DNA of 64,000 nt from Octopus bimaculoides (lineage: Eukaryota): contig NC_068981.1 of the NCBI RefSeq assembly GCF_001194135.2, positions 78,314,279 through 78,378,278 of the forward strand. Direction: 5' to 3'. Positions 1-12,067 of this stretch are shown here, one piece after another. The notes under the pieces were generated by a model. That model saw only the letters and a list, made by a program, of their open reading frames with translations. It was not told the origin of the DNA and made no database searches. Within the stretch, counting starts at the first letter, position 1, and each line of letters begins with the position of its first letter. A program made the translations under genes and the position numbers.

Positions 1-2689
1 ACAAAGCCACTCTTCTTTCCACACAGCCTATATATTTATATTTATATTTATATATATTTATATATATAACATGTGTGTGTGTGTTTACATCTCCTGTAAC
101 TTGGAGGTTCAGCAAATGAGACCAACAGAATAATTACTACATTTTTAAAAAATGTATTTGGGTCAATCTATTCAACTAAACCCTTCAAGGCAGTGCCCCA
201 GCATGGCTACACTTCAATGACTGAAACCGGTAAAGGACAAAAGATAACTCCTTTCTCACTTTCGATATCCCTTACTAAGTTCTGTAATTAAACCTTCTCA
301 GAACTGTCTTCCACTGTAATATTTTCTTCACCTTTCACCAATGTTTACCTTTATTCAACTCCAATTAATCATCAGTGTGACTAACACTCACACTTTACCG
401 CACAACATGATCTTTGCAGTTTCACTTTCATAGTAGTAAATTAGAAATAAACACAGGTGCAGTGTTTCTGCATATATCTCATATTCTTTTTATCTTGTAC
501 TTGACTTCAACCATGCAAAGGCCTTGCCTTGAAAGATTTTAGTCAAAGAAATCGACTCCAGCACTTATTTTTCCCACTTTTAAGTCTGATACTTATTCTA
601 TCAGTCTATTTTGCTGAACCACTTAGTTACAAGGGTGTAAACAAAGCATCATCACTTCTCCAGTGGTGTTGGGGGATAAGGACAGAAACAAAGACACACA
701 CACACTCATATGACAGACTTCCACAGTTTCCATCAACCAAATTAACTCACAAGATATTGGTCAGTCTAAGACTACAGTAGTGGACACTTACCCAAAGTGT
801 CATGCAGTGTTGTCTTAATCACACAACAGTACCTGCACCTATCTCTGTCTGTGTGTTAGCTGAGTTGTTAATCAACAAGACTGTAAGGTACAAAGCTGAT
901 GAAATGAATCTTAGCTACTAGCATTGTTCAGAGAAGACATTGTTATTTTACCTCACTTAATCTCTTTACTCATGTTTGCTGACTGTAAACAAAACAACCT
1001 CACTATCAATAATACAAGCAGTGCCATATGCTTGTAATCAACTGTAAAAGCATGTCTGGGTTTCTGGACATGTCATGACATGTTATTTAATCTTTCTTAA
1101 CAAAAACATTTGAAGCTATATCTTGGGCATTCATTGTTTGATAGACTATGGGGATTATTACCTTGTTTGGCAACAAGCAAGAGTTGGTGACCGGAGGGCA
1201 TCCAGGCTTAGAAAATCTTCTCCAGTGAATTCCATCTAACCTATGCAAGAATGGAAAAGTGAGCATTAGAAAGACAATGATGGCAAATGTAATTGAAAAT
1301 CTGAAACCTTTCTCTCTCTTTTATTATGGTTAGTGAAGGGAAATATCCTAGCAGTAATTAAAAATTGCTACCATACAATTCACAGTAGCATATAAAGAGG
1401 AGAAAAGAAAATTAACTATTATAACAATGAAATCAATTTTTGTTTTAGTAATGCTCTGAACAGTTTTTGTATGATGAGTATAATAAATTAAATTAACTTT
1501 GATATACATTACTTGGTCCTAAGCAAGACCTTAAATTGCATCTTGTGGTGAAGTACCAGCTTGGGAGTTGAGGAGCATAGAGGAGTATAGAATTACCCTT
1601 TAGTCACTGTTACTACTTCCAGATCTGCTTTGGCCTGGGGTGGTGCAACCTGTTAAGGGCTCCAGTTATAGATCAAATAACAGAAGATGGTCCTGTGACA
1701 AAAGCATACAGGGCTCAGAAGAGGGCTATTCTCTAGATGTATGTATCACACAGGCTCACCAATGTGTGGACATAGCCTAATATCATGTGAGCCAGTTCCC
1801 CTGCCCAAAGATTGAATAGGCCCTGTGACTCAAAGGCAAACTCAGAAGAGCAGGAATCCAGCAGATTAAATGACATAAACTAGCAGAAGGCAATAAGGAA
1901 TATTGCTGTAAGTTTCCCTATGAAAGTCAGGAATCTTCAGTATGGCACATAAAGAGAGATCTACCATAAGCTTAAACTGGCTATAACAGTAAATTTAGTA
2001 TTAACATTTTTAATGCAGGGAGCATTAAAAAGTAAACTAGAAGTAGTTACACTGTGAGGAAAACTACAATTCAGTGCTAATAATGTTTCATTTAGCATGC
2101 ACAGAAGACAACTCTTAACATATTTTCATCTTTCTATGAGATTCAGTGAAGCATAGAGTGTACCTTATATCTTCATGGACTTCTGAGATAGAGAAAGATG
2201 GAAATTATTATTAAATAGTTATATTGAATTAGTGTCTTCATCTTGGCTGTTTTTGTCACAACATTTTGGCCATTGTACTTATCAGCTTTCTTCAGGGAAC
2301 TGTTCTGTTTGGTGACATTCTAAGAATTTCGATCAAAACCCTTTCTCCATTGTCAGTACAAGAATATTCTCTTACTTGTGTTGATGCTTGCTTGCTTTCA
2401 TTTCAATCAGAGTATATATGTTTAGAATGAATGCACTCTAATGCTTATATTCACTATCTCCCATTATCCTGACATCATATGTAGAAAAAAAAAATAACTG
2501 GATTAACAAAAAAAAATTTGGCCCAAAATTTCGAGAATCTTCACAAATGCAAGAGATCCATGAAGAAAGTAGTGGGGATCAATGGCCAAAACATTACGAC
2601 TATTACAAACAAGATAGGAACACTTGTCTGAATATATGAGTGTATATTCACTATATCTGTCAAAGTTATGGAATAAAGATAAGTACAGG

Positions 2690-2837
2690 TGTAGTTGTAT
2701 GGTAAGAAGCTTACTTCCCAACCGCATGGTTCCAGTTCAGTTCCACTGTGTGGCACCTTGGGCAAGTGTCTTCTACTATAGCCTAAGGCCAACCAAAGTA
2801 TTGTGAGTGGATCTGGTAGATGGAACCTGAAAGAAGC

Positions 2838-2845
<8 letters not shown>
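2690..2845 (+). mobile_element. tRNA-headed SINE (family recurring at ~18720-18890 +, 32560-32710 -, 36010-36160 +, 51020-51170 +, 58370-58500 -, 59030-59145 +)
   Basis: Shared core ttcagttccactgtgtggcaccttgggcaagtgtcttctactatagcc...ggaaactgaaagaagccc followed by (TA)n or (TG)n. Confidence 0.8.
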
Positions 2846-2871
<26 letters not shown>

Positions 2872-3539
2872 NNNNNNNNNNNNNNNNNNNNNNNNNNNNN
2901 NNNNNNNNNNNNNNNNNNNNNNNNNNNNNNNNNNNNNNNNNNNNNNNNNNNNNNNNNNNNNNNNNNNNNNNNNNNNNNNNNNNNNNNNNNNNNNNNNNNN
3001 NNNNNNNNNNNNNNNNNNNNNNNNNNNNNNNNNNNNNNNNNNNNNNNNNNNNNNNNNNNNNNNNNNNNNNNNNNNNNNNNNNNNNNNNNNNNNNNNNNNN
3101 NNNNNNNNNNNNNNNNNNNNNNNNNNNNNNNNNNNNNNNNNNNNNNNNNNNNNNNNNNNNNNNNNNNNNNNNNNNNNNNNNNNNNNNNNNNNNNNNNNNN
3201 NNNNNNNNNNNNNNNNNNNNNNNNNNNNNNNNNNNNNNNNNNNNNNNNNNNNNNNNNNNNNNNNNNNNNNNNNNNNNNNNNNNNNNNNNNNNNNNNNNNN
3301 NNNNNNNNNNNNNNNNNNNNNNNNNNNNNNNNNNNNNNNNNNTTGATGTGTTTACATCCCTGTAACTTGGCAGTTCAGCAAGAGAGATGATAGAAGTACT
3401 AGGCTTAAAATATAAATCCTTCAAAGTGGTGCTCTAGTATGGCCGCAGTCGAATGGCTGAAACAAATAAGAGACTACTAAGTTGTCTACTTATTGTCGTA
3501 GGTAAATAAAGCTGTTTGGAGAATGTTCCTTCCATTAGA

Positions 3540-4900
3540 CTCCCTAGGACATGCTTCTCTACTCACTAAACTTTTCAATCTCTTACTCTCTCCAGGGTTG
3601 TACCCTGGCACTTGGAAGCAGGCTTCAGTGTGTCTCATTACAAAGAAAGGCAACACTTTTGGCCCAACTAATTAATGTTCACTTGCTCTCACTACCAACA
3701 TTTCTAAGGAAATGGAGACAGCTATCAACAATAACCTTCTCCATTGCCTTGAATCTCTATCCTCAATGATGACCAGAATGACTTCTGCAGAGCCAATTCT
3801 ACCAGTGACTTATATTTTTATGTCACTCACCTGTGGGATCTCACTGTAGGGAAGATTGGAAGATTGCCTTCACCAGTGTTTTTTGTCCTTGACACTAGCA
3901 AAGCTTTCAACCATGTCTAACATGTGTATTCTCTCTCAAAATTTTCTGCCTATGGGCTTCACTTACCTCTCATCCCTGAGATTCATAGTTTCCTATCTGA
4001 TCATACCATTACAGCATGTGTTGATAGAGCTCTTTCTGCCCTACTCTCAATCAACTGTAGTTGTCCTTTTAGTTTTGTCCACCACTCTCTATCATCTATC
4101 CATCAATGACCTATTTGTACTACAGATACCTGTACCCACTCTTACATTGATGAAATGGCTCTTCATTCCTCCCTAACATCCCCCAACCATGCATCATCCA
4201 CATGCAGGCTAGACACCACATACCAAACCTGCACTGATTCCATAAAGAGAGACCTTGAAAGAATCTTTCAGTGAGGCCATACCAGTCATGATTTTTTCAG
4301 CACCAAAAACAAAAAAAAAACTCTCAAGCTCTACTCATATCAAGAAAATGCTATCACTCTATGACTAAACATGAACAGCACTCAGTTAGAGCCCTCGTAG
4401 TCACTCTAAATGTTGGGCCTTACTATCACTGAGGATCCCTCCTGCTGGAAGCACATTTTTGGCTTAGCTAGAACCACATATTTGTGACAATCCTTTTACT
4501 TCAGAACCAGAAAAATATTTTAGTTCCTGTTGGCTTTTACATTTTACAATGATCAAAATGCTCACAGTGGAATATTGCTCCTGCTTCTAGAATGGTGCTG
4601 CTTCTACACACAGATATCCTGAACCACAACTAGGGAAGAGCCATTTAACTAATTAGAATTCAATCATAAAAGGGTATACTCAAGTCTCTGGTCCACTTGT
4701 TTTGCTACTATACTGGCTTCTGCTCCTTAGAGCTGGCAGGTCTCACACCGTCATCATCCTCATTCACTCATATTCCTTCTTAGTATTCTTGATGCATGCA
4801 ATTCCCTCATCTCCACACTAATCATTATACCCAATTCTTTCTCCCTAGAACGTTGGACATTTGGAATTTTTTTCCAGTTCATATCTTGTTTGGGGCTGTT
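3540..4900 (+). mobile_element. Decayed CR1/L2/Jockey-clade LINE reverse transcriptase remnant
   Basis: Broken frames read VLDTSKAFNHV*H..LSKFSAYG...IHSFLSDHTI..CVD....SIN and INDL, matching LDISKAFD.VWH..LL.KL..YG...SFLS.R...VDG...INDL of CR1/L2 RTs; many stops and frameshifts. Confidence 0.75.
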
Positions 4901-6592
4901 CAACTGCAATACTTTTAATAGAACATCAGTTGCATAAACCTTATCTCAGCCTTGAAAGGCTTGCAGAGTATTCTGGGGGTGCCAAATGCATGAAAAAAAA
5001 AACAGTAAAGTTAATATCAGCATCAAAACATTAACTTGAAATAAATTATCTGCTAAGGTTAAAACAATATTAATCAATGGCTTTTGCAGTTTTTTTTCCT
5101 TCTAATACTCTATTGTTTCTCTACAAATGTAAAGCTTATTTATTCACACTGTTTTAAATTAATCATGTATTATCTTGTAGCTTTGAGAGTTCAACAATGT
5201 GATTTTTGCATTGTTAGAACGACATTGCAGGTTGGTGTGAGAGGTTTGATCTGGCTGGGTTGAGCATAAAATAGATAAAATATTCGAGCCAGATATGGCT
5301 AGTTTAAATGTTAATGGGTTAATAATTAAATAGTTTTGCACATGATTGTGATATTAGAGTACTGCTATTGTGGTCTCTTTGTTTTAGTTTCAAATTCCAC
5401 ACAGATTAACTTTGGCTTTCATCCCTTAAGAGCTGATCAAATAAGTATTGGGGACACATTCACGTTGAATCAATTCAACTATATTTCTTCTCATAAACAT
5501 TTATGAAATTGCTCGAGTATTTTTGTGTGTGCTTTATTTGCATTGTAACTTGTAAAAGGAAGTGTATTAAAAGAGTTCTTAGCTGGAATTATCTAAATAA
5601 AGTTGTATCTTACAAAAAATAGAACAGCAGCTATATATTTTTTTCTCTAGTTTCTGCTATTATAGTAATAAATCTTGTTGGTATGTTTAAACCCATTATC
5701 TTTTTGTCCATGAACTTTTTCTTGACAAGCTTATCAATTGGATAAGCCACGGCCTACAAAAATTATATAATCTTCAGCAACAGAATACATTCTGAAAGTT
5801 ACTTGTAGAAAACATAAATAAATAAATAAATAAGTAAATAAATACAGATATATATAAAACTTTAAAGCAAATTTTTACAGATTTTAATATTTCCTATTCT
5901 TTTTGCTTTGCTTACTGATATCAAAAAGTTTTTAAAAGAAAAAAGAAGAAATTCGTTCTTCAGAAAAATTTTATATTTATTGTAATTCTATAGTTCCAAA
6001 CACAAAACATTAAACACATTGTTCAACATTTGATATTCTTAACATTTCGAGTCAATAAAACTGTTAGACTTTTACAAATTACCAGAAACTTGACCAAGTA
6101 ATTATAATAGTTCCATAAAAAGATCTATATAGATTAAGTCATTCTTGCTTTGGCCCCACCATTATCATTATTTAAGGAATCCTTACAGCTGTTTATAACT
6201 TTTAATGAAAGAACTTGGATGACACTAATATCTCATGAAAGCTACAATTCCAATAATTCAGTTTACAGACAGTTTCACCTTTTCCATTGAAGTTTTAAAC
6301 TCAAATTTGTAGTTGTTATCACTTGAAATTTCTTTAATTTTATTTGAGCTTGACTTTGCGTTTTTTTATGCCTTGTGATTTTTCAAGTTTAAATCCTGTT
6401 TGAATCAAATCTTCATTCTTTGGCATCAATTTAAAATATAATATTGAGTTAATCAACAATAAACCTGCCTTGGTGAAAACAAAATGCCAAAACAATTCTG
6501 CAAAGTTATAAATTCATTCAATATCACAAATAGCTGTTTGTAGAAAAGGACTGAACACTTGAATGCTTTCCTTTTTATCATTTTATCAAGTA

Positions 6593-6641
<49 letters not shown>

Positions 6642-6665
6642 CATTATTATTATTATTATTATTTC
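6593..6665. repeat. (AAT)n/(ATT)n microsatellite; similar tracts at ~7935-8017, 21330-21410, 22675-22700
   Basis: Direct reading; source of poly-Ile/poly-Leu pseudo-ORFs. Confidence 0.95.
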
Positions 6666-6879
6666 ACATACACAGAACAGATTAGACTGTTGGAAAAGAA
6701 AAATTCCTTATATTGGGCTACAATATTATTATTATTACTATTATTGTGAAAGCGCATGGCCTAATGGTTAGGCTGTTGCACTCATGATTGTTAGAGTATG
6801 AGTTCAATTCCCTGACTGGGTGGTGCATTGTGTTTTTGAGCAAAACACTTCATTTCACATTGCTCTAGTTCCCATTAAA

Positions 6880-7092
6880 GGCAGCAAACTAGCAGAATCA
6901 TTAGTATTCTGAGCAAAATTCTTAGCGGTATTTTGCCTGTCTTTACATTCTGAGTTCAAATTCCGCTGAGGTCAACTTTGTCTTTCATCCTTTCGGGGCT
7001 CAATAAATCAAGTACCAGTGAAACACTGGGGTCAGTGTAATTGACTAGTCCCCTCCCCCAAAATGTCAGGCCTTGTGCCTTTAGTAGAAAGG

Positions 7093-7126
<34 letters not shown>

Positions 7127-7340
7127 CACCAAACTGGCAGAATCATTAGCATGCCAGACAAAATGCTTAGCAGTATTTCGTCTGTCACAACATTCTGTGT
7201 TAAAATTCTGCTGAGGTCGATTTTGCCTTTCATCCTTTGAGGTTCAATAAATCAAGTACCAGTGGAGTACTGGAGTCAATGTGATTGACTGTCCTCCTCC
7301 CCACAAAATCCAGGCCTTGTGCCTATAGTAGAAAGAATTA
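6880..7340 (+). mobile_element. Two tandem copies of a second SINE family (6880-7095, 7125-7340); other copies ~21915-22130 -, 22160-22380 -, 22700-22900 -, 37850-38000 +, 50570-50700 +
   Basis: Shared gagttcaaattccgctgaggtcaactttg..tttcatcctttcgggg...aagtaccag...ggccttgtgcct..agtagaaag plus (ATT)n tails. Confidence 0.8.
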
Positions 7341-7366
7341 TTATTATTATCATTATTATTATTATT

Positions 7367-7710
7367 ATATAGAGAGAAGAGTTCTTTACTTGTATACGAT
7401 TGACATAATCCATCACTAAGATAAACATAGCTGACGTAATCCATCACCAAGGCAAACTTAATGACGAAAAGCGTTACTCAAAAGCAACAGTTGTTTATTT
7501 GTAGTTGAACTATATTTCTGCATCTCGTGTGCCTTCCACAGGTTCAAAATAAACATGTCAGTCTAATTCATTTTTTAGTTTATATAGAACTGAAGTAACT
7601 CAACAGAAGTTATATAGATATAGAGAGAAGAGTTCTTTACTTGTATACGATTGACACAATCCATCACTAAAGTAAACATAGCTTACGTAATCCATCACCA
7701 AGGCAAACTT
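7367..7710. repeat. Partial tandem repeat: 251-bp period, 93-bp segments 7367-7459 and 7618-7710
   Basis: atatagagagaagagttctttacttgtatacgattgac...caccaaggcaaactt occurs twice with only a few substitutions. Confidence 0.9.
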
Positions 7711-7839
7711 GTTGGCCTTGTGCCAAAATTTGAAATCATTATTATTAATACAGAAATCATTATTAATTAATATTTAAGAGATGAGGAATTATGTACATTA
7801 TTTACATTTGACGGATATTTGTCCTCATCTTGTTTGTTG

Positions 7840-7884
7840 TTAACATGTTTCGGCTGATATACCCACCAGCCTTCATCAGGTGTC
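7840..7884 (-). ncRNA. Degenerate hammerhead-like motif, inverted partner of 8176-8221
   Basis: Reverse complement GACAC-CUGAUGA-A-GGCUG...CAGCC-GAAA-CAUGUUAAC; deletion across stem III/stem I 3' strand. Confidence 0.35.
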
Positions 7885-7952
7885 TGGAGAAAATTTCAAA
7901 CCTGGGTTCTCATTCCTGAGGTATTTTTTCAATGTCATCATCATCATCATCA

Positions 7953-8021
<69 letters not shown>

Positions 8022-8175
8022 TCACTGCCTGGTATCAAACTTGGAATCTTATCTTAGGGTTAGTAGCCACTATGCCATATGCTCAAGTTCAATTCCAGGC
8101 TGTGACCTGAATAATAATAATAATGACATTGAAAAATATCTCAGGAATGAGAATCCAGGTTCAAAATTTCCCCAA

Positions 8176-8221
8176 GACACCTGATGAAGGCTGGAGGGTA
8201 TATCAGCCGAAATGTTGTGTT
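8176..8221 (+). ncRNA. Degenerate hammerhead-like motif (extra A after A9)
   Basis: GACAC-CUGAUGA-A-GGCUG(10 nt)CAGCC-GAAA-UGU-U-GUGUU: stem I GACAC/GUGUU, 5-bp stem II; stem III AUGU looks like a CpG-decayed ACGU palindrome. Confidence 0.5.
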
Positions 8222-8340
8222 AACAACAAACGAGATGAGGACAAATATCCGTCAAAAGTAAATAATGCATTATTATTGTTATTGTTATTATTATCTATTT
8301 ACTTATTGATTTATATCTTTTCTCACATCTTTGCTTGTAG

Positions 8341-8631
8341 ATATCAGCTCTTTTGATATGACCTCAATACCTCAAACAATCAGGGCTAATGTTGGAGACG
8401 CCATTATTTTACCTGTACCTCCTATAGAAAGTGTGCCTTTTCCTGAAATAACGTGGTTCAATGGGACAAAAAGCTTAAAAGCTGAAAGTAAACGTTATGA
8501 CTTTACTGTAAACCATTCATTAGTCTTATTGAATTTGTCTCCTCATGATGATGGCAGGACCTTCCATGTCAGAGCCAACAACACGCTAGATGAACCAGTT
8601 TCCAGTGAATCTTTCACTATTTTCATTACAA
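8341..8631 (+). CDS. sdk: Sidekick-like IgSF adhesion protein, internal exon encoding the cysteine-less Ig domain 2 (291 nt, phase 1-1)
   Basis: Pyrimidine tract and ttgtag acceptor ending 8340; donor a|gtaag at 8632. Translation xISSFDMTSIPQTIRANVGDAIILPVPPIESVPFPEITWFNG...NHSLVLLNLS..DDGRTFHVRANN...FTIFIT matches my recollection of Sidekick Ig2 (PPIES.P, W, L.IL, A.N, no Cys). Confidence 0.88.
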
Positions 8632-10249
8632 GTAAGAAATTATCTTTGTTAATTGTTGTCATGTTACATTTTTATTTTTCTTCCTTGTCATCTCTTTTTG
8701 TTTTATTTATTTATTTATTTATTTTTGTTGTTGTACCATAACTTTTTTCAACTCCAATTCTTCCAAGAATGCTTTTATTTAAGTATTCAGAACTTAAATT
8801 CTGATCTTGAAGAGAAATTTCATAATCATCATCTAACATCTATGTTCCATTCTGGCATGAGTTGGATGGTTTGACAAGAATCCAATGAGTCAAGGACTGC
8901 ATCACTGTCTGCTTTGACATGGTTTCTATGGCTGGATACCCTTCCTAATGCCAACCACTTGACAGTGTGTACTGGGTGCTGTTTTCCTGTCACTGGCACT
9001 GTTGAGGTCACCATGTAGCTTGCATGTCAACAAACACAGAGAGAGGATAATAGATTTCAAGAGACATACATTAGTCTAGTCTTGTTGTGTTCAACTTTAG
9101 TTATTTCACTAAACCTCTCATAATTCTTAGTCATTTTGAAAATTAAGCATAAAAATGTGTAGTACTAGGAAACCAGCCACATTGTCATAATTTCAAAGTT
9201 TATAACTTTTCTTCTTAGCAATCTCTTCTTGTTCCAGTTTATCTGAGTGTGGTTAGTCATAAAAAGGCATTTAACTGTAATAGGAATTGTTTTCACATAG
9301 AACAACATATATGAAATAGAATGGAACCATATTTTAATGATTCTTTCAATGAGAAGCTGGAAAATCACATGGTTTCACTCTCTTAACATGTTATGGATTA
9401 GAGTATCAAGAATGTTAATATACTTGCTAGCAGACTGGCCTATGTAGGTCGGTAGATAAGCTAATGTGGTCATTTGGTGTTGCAGCGACATTAACCAAAC
9501 TCTCAAATCCCTCCTGTCAACTTAAACTGGAGACTCTTGAGTTATTGTATGTCTGGATGATAAGAACAAATAGTCAAAGACAGAATGTCTCTCCTCATAA
9601 GTCTGCCTCTAACAATATCAGTATGGTTGATGGAGGTGGAGCAACATAAAAATTAATGGAACACCCTTAGGATGAGTTGATAGTTTAAATATTTTGGAAC
9701 CATCACAATATTAGATAGGAAAATTTGATAAAAATTTCATTGCAAATTATATTTATGCCTTGAGAGAATTCAACAAAAAATGGAAGCCTTTCCTAAAATA
9801 CATCATTATGTTAATTATAAAGAACTAATGGCTGTTTCTCTGTTGGTTTATGTGATGAGCATTCATTACTTGATCATGTGAATTCCTATTTGTAAAATTA
9901 ACTTGTAAGTGGTTGAATATTCCAGTTACATGTCCCTTTAACATTCTTCTAGGATAAAATAATCATAAGGCTGTGATAAGGCTGGACCTTTAATTACAGG
10001 TACAATATAGAGAGAGAGAAAAGAAGAAATGACTCCACTACTGAGCTGCACTTAATTTATCAATCATGTATGGATGAATGACTAAGCTGACTTTAGTGCA
10101 ATTTGAACTCAGAGTACATTAAGCCTTAATTAGTACCACTAGACATTCTATCCAATGCTGCAACTAATCTGCCAATTCACCACCTTAAAGTATAATTAGG
10201 AATGTTATAAGTTATGTTGTATACCAGGTATAGACATAACAGAACAAAG

Positions 10250-10990
10250 TATTGATAATATCCATTATGCAGATGACACAGTCTTCATTGTCACAACAAG
10301 TAAAGATATTTAAACATTACTTAGTACGATTAATGAAGAGAGTAAAAATATGGATCCAGATCTTCAAAAAATAAGCAAATAAGAGAGATACAGACAATAT
10401 TAATCTCAAAAATCCTGTAAATTTACAATATAATAATTAATGGAACACTCTTGAGATAAGTTAATAGTTTTAAATATTTGGGAATCATCATTACATCAGA
10501 TTGGAAAGAAATAAGTCAAGGATTAGATAGGCCAGTGTTGCTTTTGATGAGGTCAATCATATATTGCTAACTGAAAGGCTATCAATAATTGTAAGAAAAA
10601 AGGTCTTTTGAAGGTACATGGACCCCATCTTTACATAAATTTGAATGACTTGAAACATCAACTAACAAGTTCAAAGCCTTATTATAATTACAATCACATA
10701 GTTCCTTAAAAGAATGATGAAGGTGACTTTTACTGATAAACTGATAAACAGTGAGGTCCTTAGAGAAGCAAAGGCCACCAGAAAGCTTTTCAACAATGTA
10801 AGAAGAAAACAGGCTCAGTTCATTGGAGATTATATATTGAAGGTGGGGAAAAAAGCAGCCTCGAGTAGATGATGACAACTAGGTAACTGGAAGGAAGAAG
10901 GAGCTAGGGAAGACAGAGAGATGGCTACCAGAAAAAGCAACCCAACAGGACAAAAAGGCATAAAATTTCAGGATCACCAACACATGTAGG
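10250..10990 (+). mobile_element. Decayed RTE-clade LINE, RT C-terminal part to 3' end
   Basis: YADDTVFIV at ~10266, FKYLGIIITSD at ~10470, later GRRRARGRQR-like 3' motif; multiple stops. A short related FKY fragment lies at ~9650-9720. Confidence 0.7.
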
Positions 10991-11961
10991 CATGACACGC
11001 TGAGCAAGAGAGAGTTATATCATTGTTTCTCATAAGGGAAGCTTATAAAAGTTAAAACAGAGGCAGTCAAACTGCATGGTTAGTAATAAAATTAAAATAG
11101 CTTTAAACTTTTAAACACTTGCAGCACTATGATGAAGAAAGAAGACTTATATGAATGCAAACTCTATTTTTATTTCTCATTCATAAAGAGGGAGTGCTAG
11201 AGCAAATGAATTCATTAATACTTTTAAGTGGAAGTCCAATATTAGTTTCTTTTCAACGACATTTCTACACCCGTAACTAATGATTAGGAGTTCAATACTG
11301 TGAACTATTGAAACCATCAGTTATTTTGTTTCTACTGCTCACACTAATGAGCTATATACTTCCACACTATACTAATTTTTTGCTAGTTTGACCAGTTGGA
11401 AATATATATATCTTTGCTGAGACATAATACAATGTTAGCAATAGAAGATGAACCATCAACTAGGCTAATTGTGATTCTATTATAAATATATATAAAGTTG
11501 TCATTTCAATGATGTTTCTTTTTATCAAGCTGTTGATTGTTTTAGTTTTATCAACAAAACCATTCCTACTTCAATGCTCAAGAAATAAAAATAAAATAAG
11601 ATCTGCATATTAAAAACAAAAAGTCAAAAGAAACAATCTTCAAGTAAAAGCATTTTTTCCTCTGTGTTTTTCTTGGCGGTGGTGTTGGTGGTGGTGTTAT
11701 TTGCCTGATTTTATTTCTATTCAATTATTTGATAATAGTCACTGTAACTTGTTTTTCTCTTAAATTATATTTGAAAAATATTTAAAATCTTTTTGTTGGT
11801 TTTATTTTCTTATGTATGAAGCAGTTTTCAAAAAAATTTTCTCCTTTTGTTTTTTCTTTTTATAAGAAAATAGCTCTTCTAGAACATAAAAAAAAATATA
11901 TTTTAAATGAAATTAATGATAAAATTAATGACTTTTAATGTTAATATTGACTAATTTTCAG

Positions 11962-12067
11962 ATCCTAGAAATATAGAAAGAATTGCTCCAACAATTGTTG
12001 TTCCTCCCGTTGATACAACTACTAACAACAATGAAATCACTCAATTTATCTGTATCGTCAATGCTAG
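11962..12067 (+). CDS. sdk: Sidekick-like exon, N-half of Ig domain 3 (106 nt, phase 1-2); absent from the ORF track
   Basis: ttttcag acceptor ending 11961; donor ag|gtaac at 12068. Joined in frame to the previous exon it reads NPRNIERIAPTIVVPPVDTTTNNNEITQFICIVNAR; APTIVVPP and C..NAR match the start of Sidekick Ig3. Confidence 0.88.

Larger units (their letters stand above)
7796..8267. mobile_element. Foldback (palindromic) element, probably Penelope-like derived
   Basis: 7796-7936 is the reverse complement of about 8122-8267, and 8008-8043 of 8084-8120; 40-nt central loop; expanded (ATT)n in the left arm; each arm has a CTGATGA...GAAA motif. Confidence 0.8.
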
